Source: Dehalococcoidia bacterium | GTDB lineage: Bacteria > Chloroflexota > Dehalococcoidia > Lucifugimonadales > UBA3495 | NCBI GenBank assembly: GCA_021295965.1 | Contig: JAGWBI010000012.1 | Span: 1 to 58,591 of the forward strand | Length of the DNA: 58,591 nt | Direction: 5' to 3' | Shown here: piece after piece, positions 57,963-58,591 of the stretch | How positions within the stretch are numbered: the stretch's first letter is position 1 | How the letters are laid out: each line of letters opens with the position of its first letter | Program-made: the position numbers and the translations under genes | Notes under the pieces: model-generated | Told to the model about the DNA's origin: nothing | The model's database searches: none | What the model saw: only the letters and a program-made list of their open reading frames with translations

Positions 57963-58591
57963 ATGACCACGCCCGCCGCAACCCCGGTTCCAACCACATC
58001 AGCTACCGACGACCTGGCTTACGGTCAGCGTAGCGGTATCGGGCTGGTGTTATACCACATCCGCCAGTACCCGCTCATCCCACTGCTTATCCTCCTGGTA
58101 ATGCTGATCATACCGGCAATATTTGCCAACGTGATCTCGCCGCATGATCCGGTAGAAGTGGACCTGCGCGCGCGGCTCATCCCGCCGGCGTGGCAAGAAG
58201 GGGGCGATTGGCAATACGTCCTGGGCACTGACCGCCATGGTTTTGACATCCTCAGCCGAATCATTCACGGCGCCAGGATTTCCCTGTCGATCTCCCTGCT
58301 CGCCATCGCGCTGGGCGGAGGCGTGGGCACCGTACTGGGACTGCTGGCCGCCTATGGCGGTGGTTGGGTTGACAACCTGATCATGCGCATTGTGGACATC
58401 AAGCTGGCGTTCCCGTCAATCCTGTTAGCCCTGGTGCTGGTGGCAGTGAGTGGCCCCGGGTTCCAGACGGTGGTGCTGGTGATAGCCTTGCTCCTATGGG
58501 CAAGGTTTGCCCGGATGGTGCGAGGTGAAGCCTTGGCCATCAAGCAGCAGGACTTCATAGCGCGCGCGCAGGTCGCCGGCGCATCGCCGAC
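57963..58591 (+). CDS. Dpp/Opp-type ABC permease (DppC-like), 3' truncated by window edge
   Basis: Not in the ORF track (no stop in window). Translates to SPHDP...[22 protein letters not shown]...[18 protein letters not shown]...ARMVRGE. Confidence 0.92.
   Translation, partial: MTTPAATPVPTTSATDDLAYGQRSGIGLVLYHIRQYPLIPLLILLVMLIIPAIFANVISPHDPVEVDLRARLIPPAWQEGGDWQYVLGTDRHGFDILSRIIHGARISLSISLLAIALGGGVGTVLGLLAAYGGGWVDNLIMRIVDIKLAFPSILLALVLVAVSGPGFQTVVLVIALLLWARFARMVRGEALAIKQQDFIARAQVAGASP

Overview
GC-rich bacterial chromosome segment. The gene style (LLM and F420-type oxidoreductases, ASST, Pro/Ala/Gln-tethered lipoprotein SBPs, Uma2/PaREP1/TA singletons, a GAAC-N4-GTTC SOS box) suggests Chloroflexota, probably Dehalococcoidia/SAR202-like; this is inference only. 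Housekeeping genes: gpsA, ispH, xerD, comM, ogt, mnmA, rnhB, yraN, apt, moxR operon. Catabolic or tailoring enzymes: TPP enzyme, flavin halogenase, HpcH aldolase, P450, ASST, epoxide hydrolase, two LLMs, amidohydrolase, ICL/PEP-mutase family, MBL hydrolase. There are four type II TA pairs and two families of REP-like palindromes. The most notable observations are: (1) a Fur/Zur-linked metal-uptake operon whose binding lipoprotein carries an entire AztD-like beta-propeller inserted into its His-rich loop, with no ATPase gene nearby; (2) a TPP riboswitch with attenuator controlling a ThiV-like Na+/solute symporter followed by a doubly frameshifted thiC, with hemW also broken by a similar deletion; (3) a GlnR-like pseudo-receiver regulator with four 11-bp-phased GTAAC-type boxes upstream; (4) four tandem, mosaic family-5 SBP paralogs, each with its own promoter, ahead of one permease pair; (5) a halogenase with a PqqD/RRE-like C-terminal domain; (6) a transglutaminase-like protein with Ser at the catalytic Cys position. 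No rRNA, tRNA, CRISPR array or IS transposase was recognised. All family calls come from motif recognition by eye, not database searches.
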